NCBI GenBank assembly: GCA_963675745.2 | Contig: CAXXWX010000016.1 | Coordinates: forward strand, 192,001 to 256,000 | Source of the DNA: Phycisphaerae bacterium | GTDB lineage: Bacteria; Planctomycetota; Phycisphaerae; UBA1845; Fen-1342 | DNA length: 64,000 nucleotides | Reading direction: 5' to 3' | In this document: positions 1 to 8,746 of the stretch, piece after piece | Numbering within the stretch: position 1 is the stretch's first letter | How the letters are laid out: every line of letters starts with the position of its first letter | Notes under the pieces: model-generated | Databases searched by the model: none | The model's input: the letters and a program-made list of their open reading frames with translations, nothing else | Told to the model about the DNA's origin: nothing | Translations under genes and position numbers: made by a program

Positions 1-168
1 GATACTCTCCGTTCGCACGGCTTCCCAGGACATCGCCAGCGCCTCGGGCACGACCATTTGCATCCGCCCGATTGCCAGCTCAACCTCTGCCACGCGTTCA
101 GCACCTTGCTCGCCCGCGTGCGCGAGCACCTGCTCGAGGACGTTTACTGCGATCGACATCTCGTGCAC
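1..168 (-). CDS. hypA: Hydrogenase maturation nickel metallochaperone HypA, 5' part (runs off window)
   Basis: Not in ORF track. Manual translation from GTG at 168 gives MHEMSIAVNVLEQVLAHAGEQGAERVAEVELAIGRMQMVVPEALAMSWEAV (MHE Ni-binding start); lies downstream of hypE. Confidence 0.9.
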   Translation of the reverse strand, partial: MHEMSIAVNVLEQVLAHAGEQGAERVAEVELAIGRMQMVVPEALAMSWEAVRTESI

Positions 169-238
169 AGCGCTGAAACTCCACGTTCTCTTTGCTGCGC
201 GCCGTCGCGGACCCGCCGCGGGCGCGCTCATCGCGACC

Positions 239-1255
239 TCAACATATCCGCGGCAGATCCTCGCCATACGGACGCTGCACCACGCGCCGGCCGCCCACTG
301 ACGTCAACAGCTCAACCATCGGTGTCTCGGCCGAGCGCAACCGGCCGATCACCGCCGCGTGCCGCCCAAGCGGGTGCGCCCGGCAGGCTTTCAGCACGCG
401 CTCGGCGTCCTCCCGCGGCACCACGGCAACACATTTGCCCTCGTTGGCAACCGTTAACGGATCCAATCCGAGCAGTTCGGCCGCATGCCGCGCCATCGGC
501 GTGAGCGGTACGGCGTCTTCCTCGATCTCTACGGCCAGACCCGTGCTCTCCACGATGTCAGCCAGCACGCCGGCCAGACCACCACGCGTTGGGTCACGCA
601 GAAACCGCAGGTCGGCCCCGGTCGCAAACATGCAGCCGATCAAATCACCCAATGGTGCCGCGTCGCTCCGCAGGTCGGTCTCGAACGCCAACCCCTCGCG
701 CGCCGACATCACGGCCAGGCCATGCTCCGCGATCCCGCCGTTGATAATGATCACGTCGCCGGGGCAAACGCGGCCCACGTCGACTCGTGCATCATCGCGC
801 ATCTCGCCGACGCCGGCGGTCGTGATTGTCAGGCCGTCCACGCCGCGGCGCTCGATGACCTTGGTGTCTCCCGTGCCGATCACCACACCCGCCTCGCGCG
901 CGGTAGCGGCAATCGAGTCGATAATTCGGCCAAGCGTCGCCAACGGCAACCCTTCCTCTATCACCAGTGCCAGGCTCAGCACTTTCGGCGTCGCACCGGC
1001 CACTGCCAGATCATTCACCGTTCCACATACGGCCAGACGCCCGATATCGCCGCCCGGAAACTCCAGCGGCTGTACGACGAACGCATCGGTGGTCATGCAA
1101 ACGGCGCCGCTCATCGGCGATATAACCGCCGAGTCAGACAGCGGATTGAGCAACGGGTTGCCGAGCTTGGGCACGATGTGCTCTGCCAGCAGGCGCCGCA
1201 TCAGCTCCCCCCCACCGCCATGCGCCAGCACAATTCGCTCGTCGGCCGCGGTCAT
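239..1255 (-). CDS. hypE: Hydrogenase maturation carbamoyl dehydratase HypE
   Basis: AHGGGG start, FPGGDIGRLAVCGTVNDLA, RDPTRGG, C-terminal LPRIC. Confidence 0.97.
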   Translation of the reverse strand: MTAADERIVLAHGGGGELMRRLLAEHIVPKLGNPLLNPLSDSAVISPMSGAVCMTTDAFVVQPLEFPGGDIGRLAVCGTVNDLAVAGATPKVLSLALVIEEGLPLATLGRIIDSIAATAREAGVVIGTGDTKVIERRGVDGLTITTAGVGEMRDDARVDVGRVCPGDVIIINGGIAEHGLAVMSAREGLAFETDLRSDAAPLGDLIGCMFATGADLRFLRDPTRGGLAGVLADIVESTGLAVEIEEDAVPLTPMARHAAELLGLDPLTVANEGKCVAVVPREDAERVLKACRAHPLGRHAAVIGRLRSAETPMVELLTSVGGRRVVQRPYGEDLPRIC

Positions 1256-2355
1256 CAGTTGCGTGCCCCCGCTTCCGCGTATCGGCCGGGCCGGCCATAT
1301 TTGTGCCAGGCGGCGCAGGTACCCTCACTGCTCACCATGCACGGGCCGATGGGCCGCGTCGGCGAACACGTCGTTCCAAACAGCGAACACGCCACCGGAT
1401 CCACCTTCCCTTGAATGACCTCGCCGCAAAGGCACCCCGGCGGCTCGTGGTCAGCGCCATACGTCACACCGAGCGCGTGCCGCGCATCAAAACGTCGATA
1501 CTCCTCGCGCAATTCCAGGCCGCTGCGCGGTATCGTGCCCATGGCGCGCCAGACGGCATCTTGCACCGCGAATACGCGATCAATGCAGGCCCGCCCGGCC
1601 GAGTTGCCGTCGTGGTTCACCGCGACGCCGTATACGTTCTCGACCGACGCATTACCCGCAACGGCCTGCTCAACCAAGCGCAGAATCCCTGTCAGCATTT
1701 GCGCCGGCTCGAATCCGACCACAACGCACGGCTTGTGAAACTGAGTGGCGATCGGCTGATAGGCGTCGGAGCCGATGACAACGCTCACATGCCCCGGACA
1801 CATGAATCCGTCAATCGGAACGTCGCCGGCGGCCAGCAACGCAGTCATCGCGGGAATCACGAGCTTATGCGCTGACAGGATGGTGAAATTCGTGAGCTGC
1901 GCTGCCTCAGCTTCCAGCACCGCCGCCGCAGTCGCGGGCGCGGTCGTCTCAAACCCGACCGCGAGGAAGACAACCTGCTCGCTCGGGTGACGCGTGGCAT
2001 ACTGCACGGAGTCGCGCGCCGAGTAAACCACGCGTACGCGCGCCCCTCGGCCGCGGCACGCTTCGAGGCTGTCCAGCCGACCGGGCACGCGTACCATGTC
2101 GCCATAGGTACAGATGGTCAATTCAGGGCGCGCGGTTAGCTCGCAGGCGGCGTCGATATACGCGCTGGAAGTGACACAGACCGGACACCCGGGCCCGCTG
2201 ATCAGCCGAACGCGCTCGGGCAGCATCGACTTGATGCCGCTGCGGAACAAGGCGACGGTGTGCGTGCCGCAGACCTCCATGATCCGGATGGGGTCGCAGT
2301 TGCGCAGCAGGCGGCCGATTCGTCCGATAATGTCTTGTGCATCCACGTGTGCCAC
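1255..2355 (-). CDS. hypD: Hydrogenase maturation protein HypD
   Basis: MEVCGTHT, GPGCPVCVT, GFETT, PGHVS, GPCMVSSEGTC motifs. Confidence 0.97.
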   Translation of the reverse strand: MAHVDAQDIIGRIGRLLRNCDPIRIMEVCGTHTVALFRSGIKSMLPERVRLISGPGCPVCVTSSAYIDAACELTARPELTICTYGDMVRVPGRLDSLEACRGRGARVRVVYSARDSVQYATRHPSEQVVFLAVGFETTAPATAAAVLEAEAAQLTNFTILSAHKLVIPAMTALLAAGDVPIDGFMCPGHVSVVIGSDAYQPIATQFHKPCVVVGFEPAQMLTGILRLVEQAVAGNASVENVYGVAVNHDGNSAGRACIDRVFAVQDAVWRAMGTIPRSGLELREEYRRFDARHALGVTYGADHEPPGCLCGEVIQGKVDPVACSLFGTTCSPTRPIGPCMVSSEGTCAAWHKYGRPGRYAEAGARN

Positions 2356-2376
2356 AAATCTGCCGTGTACCGTTGC

Positions 2377-2652
2377 CTAGGCGTCGTCCCCGTTGTCCTG
2401 CCCGGGGACTTCATCCACGAGCTCCGCTTCCTTCAGGTACTTCCACGTCTCAAGCGCCTCCGCCTCATCCAGCACCGATAGCGCATAGCCGGCATGCACC
2501 AGCAGCCAATCACCAACGGCTGCCTCGGGTGTAAATGCGAGGCCTATCTCCAACCGGCTGCCCTGAAAATCCACTGTGCCGACACGCCCGGTTGGCGTCC
2601 CATCCGGACCGCCGGCGATCTCAATCAGCTTTCCGGGAACCGCAAGGCACAT
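2377..2652 (-). CDS. hypC: Hydrogenase assembly chaperone HypC
   Basis: MCLAVPG start; VGDWLLVHAGYA. Confidence 0.96.
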   Translation of the reverse strand: MCLAVPGKLIEIAGGPDGTPTGRVGTVDFQGSRLEIGLAFTPEAAVGDWLLVHAGYALSVLDEAEALETWKYLKEAELVDEVPGQDNGDDA

Positions 2653-2703
2653 CCGCTGACTCCGGCATCATGAGGGCAACACACGCTTGACACAATATAG
2701 CGA

Positions 2704-2719
2704 TGTGAAATCATTCACA
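2704..2719. promoter_or_regulatory. Palindromic operator TGTGAA-atca-TTCACA upstream of hypC (Rex-like or CRP-family-like)
   Basis: Perfect 6+6 palindrome about 50 bp upstream of the hypC start, adjacent to a TATATT -10-like hexamer on the minus strand (2699..2694). Confidence 0.55.
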
Positions 2720-2974
2720 GCGCTTCGCGCTTCATGTTGCAAGTGGCGTTCCGCCGAGGGTCGGCATTGCCCGCCCTTCCCGTCGCACACTCGCCCTAAA
2801 TACGCTTTTCTCAAGAGGATAACCGAACTTGCGCGCGGGTGTTAACCCGCAAGGCTGCGGATAATTACACACGACTTGCCCCAGCGCGCCAGATTGCTTG
2901 AATACCAATACGCACGATTAATATATTAATCATTGGCGGCCTGCAATGGGATTGCTCATCGCGGGCTGGGGATA

Positions 2975-3885
2975 ATCGGGTAGCCGGGGAGGTTGCCCTG
3001 CCCCGGCTCCCACACCACCGTACGTACGGTTCCGTATACGGCGGTTCACGAGCAACCCGCGAGTCGCCGATGCTCGTCCATCAGGCTGATCAGCCCGAGT
3101 CCGCGCAGTTCGGAGGTCGGGACGGCGTGGTTCATGTGACGGGCCCCGGCGTTCCACCAGGGACCACGCCCATTCCACGCCGACTGCCGGGCCCGCTCAT
3201 GATCCAGGCCCCGCCGGCACAGCTCCCTGAACTGGGTCCGGTGTCGCTTCCACTGTCGCCACAGGATGCAGCGCAGTTTTCGTCGTAACCACTGGTCCAG
3301 TTGCTCGAAGCTCGCCTTGACCTCCGCGAGCTTGTAGTACGCCACCCAGCCCCGCAGTACGCGGGTCAGGGATTCGGCGACGCGGGCGAGGTTGCAACCC
3401 CGTCCGCGACGCAGCATGGGGCGGAGCTTGGCCTTCAATCGGTGCACCGATTGCGGGGCCACCTTCAGCTTCGGCTGCCGGTGCATGGTCACGGTGTAGC
3501 CCAGGAACTTGCGGGTCCAGGGCCGATCCACCGCGCTCTTCTCACGGTTCACGTGGAGACGCAGTCGCTCCGTCACGAACCGCTCCACCGAATCGAGCAC
3601 CCGTTCGCCCGCACGCCTGGACCGCACGTAGATGTTGCAGTCGTCAGCATAGCGAACGAATCGATGGCCGCGCCGTTCCAGCTCCTTGTCCAGCTCATCG
3701 AGCAGGACGTTGCTCAACAGCGGCGATAGCGGCCCACCCTGCGGTGTGCCCTCGGCCCGGGGCGAGACCAGCCCGCCCTCCATCATCCCCGCCTGTAGAT
3801 AGCGGCGGAGGAGGAGTAACACCTTCTTGTCCTTGACCCGGCGCGCCACGCGTGACATGAGCACGTCGTGGTTCACCCGGTCGAA
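2975..3885 (-). mobile_element. Group IIC intron, 3' half (RT C-terminus plus domains V and VI)
   Basis: On the minus strand after the RT stop: GAACCGCCGTATACGGAACCGTACGTACGGTGGTGTGGGAG (IIC-type domain V) and a domain VI hairpin ending ...CTACCCGAT at 2975. Confidence 0.9.
3046..3885 (-). pseudogene. ltrA: Group II intron reverse transcriptase/maturase, C-terminal half (class C type, no endonuclease domain)
   Basis: FDRVNHD, GTPQGGPLSPLLSN, RYADD, FLGY and maturase X domain; N-terminus cut at the recombinase junction. Confidence 0.9.
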
Positions 3886-4415
3886 GGAACACACGACACA
3901 CTACCCACATCCGCGACCTTCCCGCCACCGTCACGGTCCTCCGTAAACGTCATCCGATGGAAGGTAAGGCGCTGCGCATCCATGGACATCTTCATCGAAA
4001 CGGTTGCTACCTTCTGGTGTTGGAGTTGCCGGACGGCACACGATCGCTGATCCCGGCCTGCTGGACCGATCTGGACAGAGTGTCGTCACCAACTCCTGAC
4101 GCCGAGACCCCGTCGAGCACATCACAATTGCTCGGATTGGTTCGTGACTTGCTCCAGGCCCGCAAGGTCGTGGATGCTCTGCTGCGAAGGCTGGAGGCTC
4201 AATCGCCATCAGCGAATGGCCTTTCGCAGGAGGAGCGCCGCGATGCAATACCAACTGGAGTTCTGGCCCACGACGGAGGTGGTTCTCCACAAGCACGAGC
4301 CATGGGAGAACTTGGGCATCAACGAGCAAGCCGAGCGAATCGCCCTGTTGGCGCGCTTGATCGCAAAGGCCGTATGTCCGGAGCGGGACGACGCGACGCA
4401 GGAGAGCAGCCATGA
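3886..4415 (+). CDS. DUF5372/Y4bD-like accessory protein; 5' end split by integration (internal ATG at 3957)
   Basis: TVTVLRKRHPMEG...LPDGTRSLIPACWTDL resembles the HPxxG...DG...PxxWTD pattern (recalled, not searched); frame is open back to the junction; its TGA overlaps the recombinase ATG (ATGA). Confidence 0.6.
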
Positions 4416-4422
4416 GCAGTAA
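4243..4422 (+). CDS. Small hypothetical protein of the recombinase element (59 aa)
   Basis: Strong RBS AGGAGGAG at 4228-4235 before ATG 4243; MQYQLEFWP...WENLGINEQAERIALLARLIAKAV; overlaps recombinase start. Confidence 0.6.
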   Translation: MQYQLEFWPTTEVVLHKHEPWENLGINEQAERIALLARLIAKAVCPERDDATQESSHEQ

Positions 4423-6634
4423 CGAGAAGATCAAACCGACTCACTTGGATCGCAACGCCTACGTGTACGTGCGTCAGTCCACGGCCACGCAAGTTCAACA
4501 CAACCGCGAGTCTACCCGCCGACAGTACAAGTTGGTGGATCGCGCCATCTCTTTGGGATGGCCGAAGGAGCGAGTCAAAGTCATTGACGAGGACCTGGCC
4601 CGCTCGGGCGCCGGCAACGTGGAACGCGACGGGTTCACCCGAATGACGGCCGAGGCGGCCCTGGGGCAGGTCGGGCTGATCCTCTCGATCGAAGTCTCAC
4701 GCGTCGCGCGCAACAATGCCGACTGGTATCGGCTGCTGGATCTGTGCGGCGTGACCGACACGCTGATCGGCGACGAAGACGGTCTGTACCACGCCGGCCT
4801 GTTCAACGATCGACTGCTCCTTGGACTGAAGGGCACGATGGCGGAAGCCGAACTGCACGTCATTCGGGCCCGGCTGGATGGTGGTATCCGCAACAAGGCT
4901 GCACGCGGCGAGTTGCGTCGCGGGCTTCCGGTCGGCTTTGTCTGGGGCGAAGACGACGGCGAAGTGCTTTTTCATCCCGACCAAGCCGTCACGGGCGCGA
5001 TCCGGGCCGTCTTTGACAAGTTTGCTGAAGTCGGGTCGGCCCGACAGGTCTGGCTCTGGTTCCGAGGTGAAGGGCTCCATTTTCCGCTACAGGCGAACGG
5101 TCTGCGCGAGATCCGCTGGGTGACGCCGACCTACACCGCCATTCACAACATCCTGACCAACCCGGTCTATGCAGGCGCTTACACGTATGGTAAGACTCGC
5201 CAGGAACGATATGTGGACAAAAGCGGTCGGCTCAGGAAGCGGCTGCGCCGCTTGCCGCAATCCGAGTGGGCCGTGCTGATCCAGGATCACCACGAAGGCT
5301 TCGTTGACTGGAACACCTATGAGATGAACCAGGCCCGCCTCAAGCAGAACACCCGCCCGCGTCCTCATCAGGCTGGCGGCGCGGTCCGTGAAGGCACGGC
5401 ACTGCTGCAAGGCATCGCGACCTGCGCCGCCTGTGGACGCCGCCTGAATGTTTACTACCAGGGCCGCAACGCCACGCCCGGCTACTACTGTCCCAGCAGC
5501 AACATCGCCAACGGCAGGGGACGCTGGTGCATGCGCGTCGGCGGAGCGCGGATCGACAAGGCGGTCAGCGCTGCCTTCCTGGAAGCGGTCGCTCCGGCGG
5601 GCATGCGGGCCGCGCTGCAAGCCGAAGAGCTGATCGACGCCGAATACGACAGTGCAGTAGCGCAATGGCGTCTGCAGGTCGAGCAAGCCCATTACCAAGC
5701 CGAGCGGGCTGAGCGTCGTTACCGATCAGTGGAGCCGGAGAACCGCCTGGTGGCTCGAACCCTGGAAGCCGAGTGGAACAAGCGGCTCGACGAACTGACC
5801 ACCGCCGAGGCCGAACTGGCGCGCCGAGAGCATCAACGTCCCGAACGTCTGACTGACCGGCAACGTGAGCGCATTCATCGACTTGGCGCAGACCTGAATC
5901 GCGTATGGGAAGCGTCCACAACGACGGACCGCGATCGCAAGGAGCTACTGCGATCCATGCTCGAGGAAGTCAACATCGCCGTGAACCGCACTGATGCCCA
6001 GGCGCACGTAACGCTCCGTTGGCGTGGCGGGCTGTTCACCGAGATCGATGTGCCGCTCTGGCATCCCAAGGAGACGGTCGTCCGCACTGATGAAGATACC
6101 GTGGATCTCCTGCGGCGACTGGCCGAGCACCATCCCGACGCGATGATCGCCGGTATCCTCAACCGCCAAGGGCGGAAGACCGTCCGCGGCCTGCGCTTCA
6201 GCGCCAACCGTGTCAGCAGCCTGCGGCGAAGTTGGAAGATCCCACGCTACCAGCCGCCAGATACTCCTCCCGAGGGCGAGTTGGTTACCGTGGAGAGAGC
6301 GGCGAAGATCCTCGGTACCGCACCTTCGACCGTACATCGCTGGATCAACGATGGGTTCATCGCCGGCCAGCAGGTGACTCCCGGCGCGCCCTGGCAAATT
6401 CGCGTTGCCGACGACTGGAAGGAACGCTTTGTCGAAGAGCCGCCGCCGGGCTATGTGGCGATGCAGGTCGCAACCCGAATCCTCGGCGTCTCGCGCCAGA
6501 CCGTCTTGCAACGTGTAAAGCGCGGCGAGCTGCAGGCGGTGCATGTGTGCCGCGGCAGGCGCAAAGGCCTTCGTATCAGAGTGTTAGATAATCAGCCGGG
6601 TCTCTTCGACGCGAATCAAAAAGCAGGGGTGTAG
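4412..6634 (+). CDS. Large serine recombinase (resolvase, recombinase and zinc-ribbon domains plus two C-terminal HTHs)
   Basis: YVRQST catalytic Ser, SRVARN, CAACG...YYC...C zinc ribbon, coiled coil, HTHs AAKILGTAPSTVHRWI and ATRILGVSRQTVLQRVKRGEL. Confidence 0.95.
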   Translation: MSSNEKIKPTHLDRNAYVYVRQSTATQVQHNRESTRRQYKLVDRAISLGWPKERVKVIDEDLARSGAGNVERDGFTRMTAEAALGQVGLILSIEVSRVARNNADWYRLLDLCGVTDTLIGDEDGLYHAGLFNDRLLLGLKGTMAEAELHVIRARLDGGIRNKAARGELRRGLPVGFVWGEDDGEVLFHPDQAVTGAIRAVFDKFAEVGSARQVWLWFRGEGLHFPLQANGLREIRWVTPTYTAIHNILTNPVYAGAYTYGKTRQERYVDKSGRLRKRLRRLPQSEWAVLIQDHHEGFVDWNTYEMNQARLKQNTRPRPHQAGGAVREGTALLQGIATCAACGRRLNVYYQGRNATPGYYCPSSNIANGRGRWCMRVGGARIDKAVSAAFLEAVAPAGMRAALQAEELIDAEYDSAVAQWRLQVEQAHYQAERAERRYRSVEPENRLVARTLEAEWNKRLDELTTAEAELARREHQRPERLTDRQRERIHRLGADLNRVWEASTTTDRDRKELLRSMLEEVNIAVNRTDAQAHVTLRWRGGLFTEIDVPLWHPKETVVRTDEDTVDLLRRLAEHHPDAMIAGILNRQGRKTVRGLRFSANRVSSLRRSWKIPRYQPPDTPPEGELVTVERAAKILGTAPSTVHRWINDGFIAGQQVTPGAPWQIRVADDWKERFVEEPPPGYVAMQVATRILGVSRQTVLQRVKRGELQAVHVCRGRRKGLRIRVLDNQPGLFDANQKAGV

Positions 6635-6651
6635 TATGATGATGTCTCCAA

Positions 6652-7318
6652 GAACCCACGGATGTCGACGTCGAGCACCCAGTTCACCTTCCTCGTCAGC
6701 AGTCCGGTGTACAGGGCGTCCAGCGCGTTGTGCTGGCTGCGCCCCGGCCGGAAGCCGTACGAGAAGCCGAGGAAGTCAGTTTCGTAGATGGCGTTCAACA
6801 CCTCGACCGTGGCCCGGTTGTAAACTGGACGAGCTTGTCTTCCAGCACGGGCACACCGAGCGGCCTTTGCCGCCCGTCGGCTTTGGCGATGTACACCCTA
6901 CGAACCGGCTTGGCTCGGTACGCTCCGCGTTTGAGCCGCGCGGAAAGGTCGCGGCGCTGCCACCGATTCAAAACCCGCCACGGAGGCGCCTCCCGGGGCG
7001 ACCACTGCGGAGATCACATCCCTGGAGGCGTCGGAGGTTCTCCTCCAGCGCCTCGCCGTAGGCTTTCCACGTCTGCCCGTCTACACCCGGCGCGGCATCC
7101 CGCTTGAGGCGGAAGTACGCCTCCCGCAGCGTGTCCAGGTTGTAAACGTGGTGCGCTTTCCGGCATTTCGGCGGCGTGCCCAAGACGCTGGTGTCGACAA
7201 CCTCAAGGCTGCGGTCATCAAGGCCGACTGGTTCGACCCGGATCTCAAGGAGCGCGGTGAACCGCATCTTCCTATCACTTCTTGCCGCATGGCGTATCCG
7301 CTCCAACGCACTGGGCAG
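6652..7318 (-). pseudogene. ltrA: Group II intron RT, N-terminal half, with several insertions
   Basis: [71 protein letters not shown]. Confidence 0.85.
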
Positions 7319-7581
7319 GTCACTGGAGCGGCGGTAGGTGCATCCCCTTGGCTGTGTCCGCGGTTTCCCGCTCACACGGTACGCATCTTCGACCGGCGTG
7401 CCCGTGTAGGGTTCGCCATATCCGTCTCCTTCGCCCGGCACGGTGTCCGGGACCTGTTTTGCTGGCGCGGATTCCCTTTGGCCAAGCCCAATTCGAGTTC
7501 ATGGATGACCATCCGATCATCCGGAGTCTGGGCGACTACGAACAGTTCGTCCAAACCGCTTTTCGGGAGACAAAGCTATGA
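6955..7581 (+). pseudogene. istA: IS21-family IstA fragments interleaved with intron sequence
   Basis: [11 protein letters not shown] (6955-7034), AFRHFGGVPKTLV/DNLKAAVIKADWFDPDL (7154-7246), HTVRIFD (about 7374-7395), FMDDHPIIRSLGDY* (to 7581). Confidence 0.65.
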
Positions 7582-8746
7582 TGGTAGAAACACTTCGAGC
7601 CCCTGGCGTCCAAATCGTGGTCGCCGATCCCCTTGAGGGGGAACCAGCGTACCCAGGTTCCCCCTCAAACTCCCCCTCCTTCCTTCATTCCCCTCCGGCG
7701 GGAAGGAGGTGGCGTCTATGAATGAAGCCATGCAGACAGCTTTGAAGAAGTTGCGGCTTTCCGGGATGGCGCAGTCGTTGGAGGTGCGTTTGCAGGAAGC
7801 GTCCAAGCCACGGACTCAACCACGCGGAGTTCTTGGAGCTGATTCTCCAGGATGAGTTGGCCATCCGCGCCGAGCGGCAGATGAACCGGCGGGTCAAGGC
7901 CGCCGCCTTCCGCGAACTCAAGCCGCTCGATCAATTCGACTTCGCGTTCAATCCTTCGATCAAGAAGAAACAAGTGTACGACCTGGCCACCTGCCGGTTC
8001 ATCCGCGAAGCGCGGGACTGCCTCCTGCTCGGTCCTCCGGGCACGGGCAAGAGCTTTTTGGTCCAAGCCCTGGGCTATCAGGCCATCAAGGCGGGATTCA
8101 CGGTGCTGTATCGCTCGATCTTCGATCTGGTGCGCGACTTCCTGCACGACGATGCCTTCGCCGGCATCGACCGAGTGCTAACCAGATACCTCAAACCGGA
8201 CTTAGTCATCATCGACGATTTTGGGATGAAGCAACTGCCGAAGCGCTCGGGGGAGTATCTGTTTGAGATCATCATGCGGCGCTACGAGACCCGCTCTACG
8301 ATCATGACCTCGAACCGGCCGCTGGAGGATTGGGGCAAGGTCATCGGCGACGTCCCGGCCGCTACTGCCATCCTGGATCGCTTCCTGCACCATGCCGAGG
8401 TCATCACCATCACGGGCAAGAGCTACGGCTGCGCAAACCAAGCCCGTGATAGCAAGAGCCCCAACGACCCGACCGACAACATGACGAGAAGAAGGGCAAG
8501 GTTGCGGCTCCCTTGCCGGACCCAGTGAGGACGGTATAGAAACATCAACAAAAGTGCTGGGTTTGAGGGCGCTCGCCTGGACTTCTCAGGCGCCTCCCGT
8601 ACTACGAGCGGCGGTAGGTGCATCCCCTTGGCTGTGTCCGACGGTTTCCCTCTGCGTGCCCGTGTAGGGTTCGCCATATCCGTCTCCATCGCCCGGCACG
8701 GTGTCCGGTCCTGTTTTGCTGGCGCGGATTCCCTTTGGCCAAGCCC
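7326..8746. repeat. Imperfect direct repeat of about 140-160 bp of intron sequence (7326-7489 and 8606-8746) flanking istB
   Basis: GAGCGGCGGTAGGTGCATCCCCTTGGCTGTGTCCG...GGATTCCCTTTGGCCAAGCCC occurs twice. Confidence 0.85.
7718..8528 (+). pseudogene. istB: IS21-family helper ATPase IstB, frameshifted
   Basis: RBS GGAGG, MNEAMQTALKKLRLSGM, extra base near 7805, GPPGTGKS, IIDDFG, TSNRP, ILDRFLHHA; apparent 1-base loss in the GKSYRL motif. Confidence 0.88.

Larger units (their letters stand above)
3884..6651 (+). mobile_element. Large serine recombinase integrative element (about 2.77 kb) inserted in a group II intron RT gene
   Basis: Shared AA(G) core at both junctions (3884-3886, 6650-6652); removal rejoins the RT reading frame as ...DIRGF-FDRVNHD...; reconstructed attP has inverted arms. 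Confidence 0.85.

Noticed and set aside
192..2534. Long plus-strand ORFs over the hyp genes
   Set aside because: Antisense shadows of high-GC coding sequence with no motifs.
3046..3894. RT as a retron, DGR, Abi or CRISPR-associated RT
   Set aside because: It is followed directly by intron domains V and VI and has a maturase domain; no template repeat, msr/msd or cas genes are seen.
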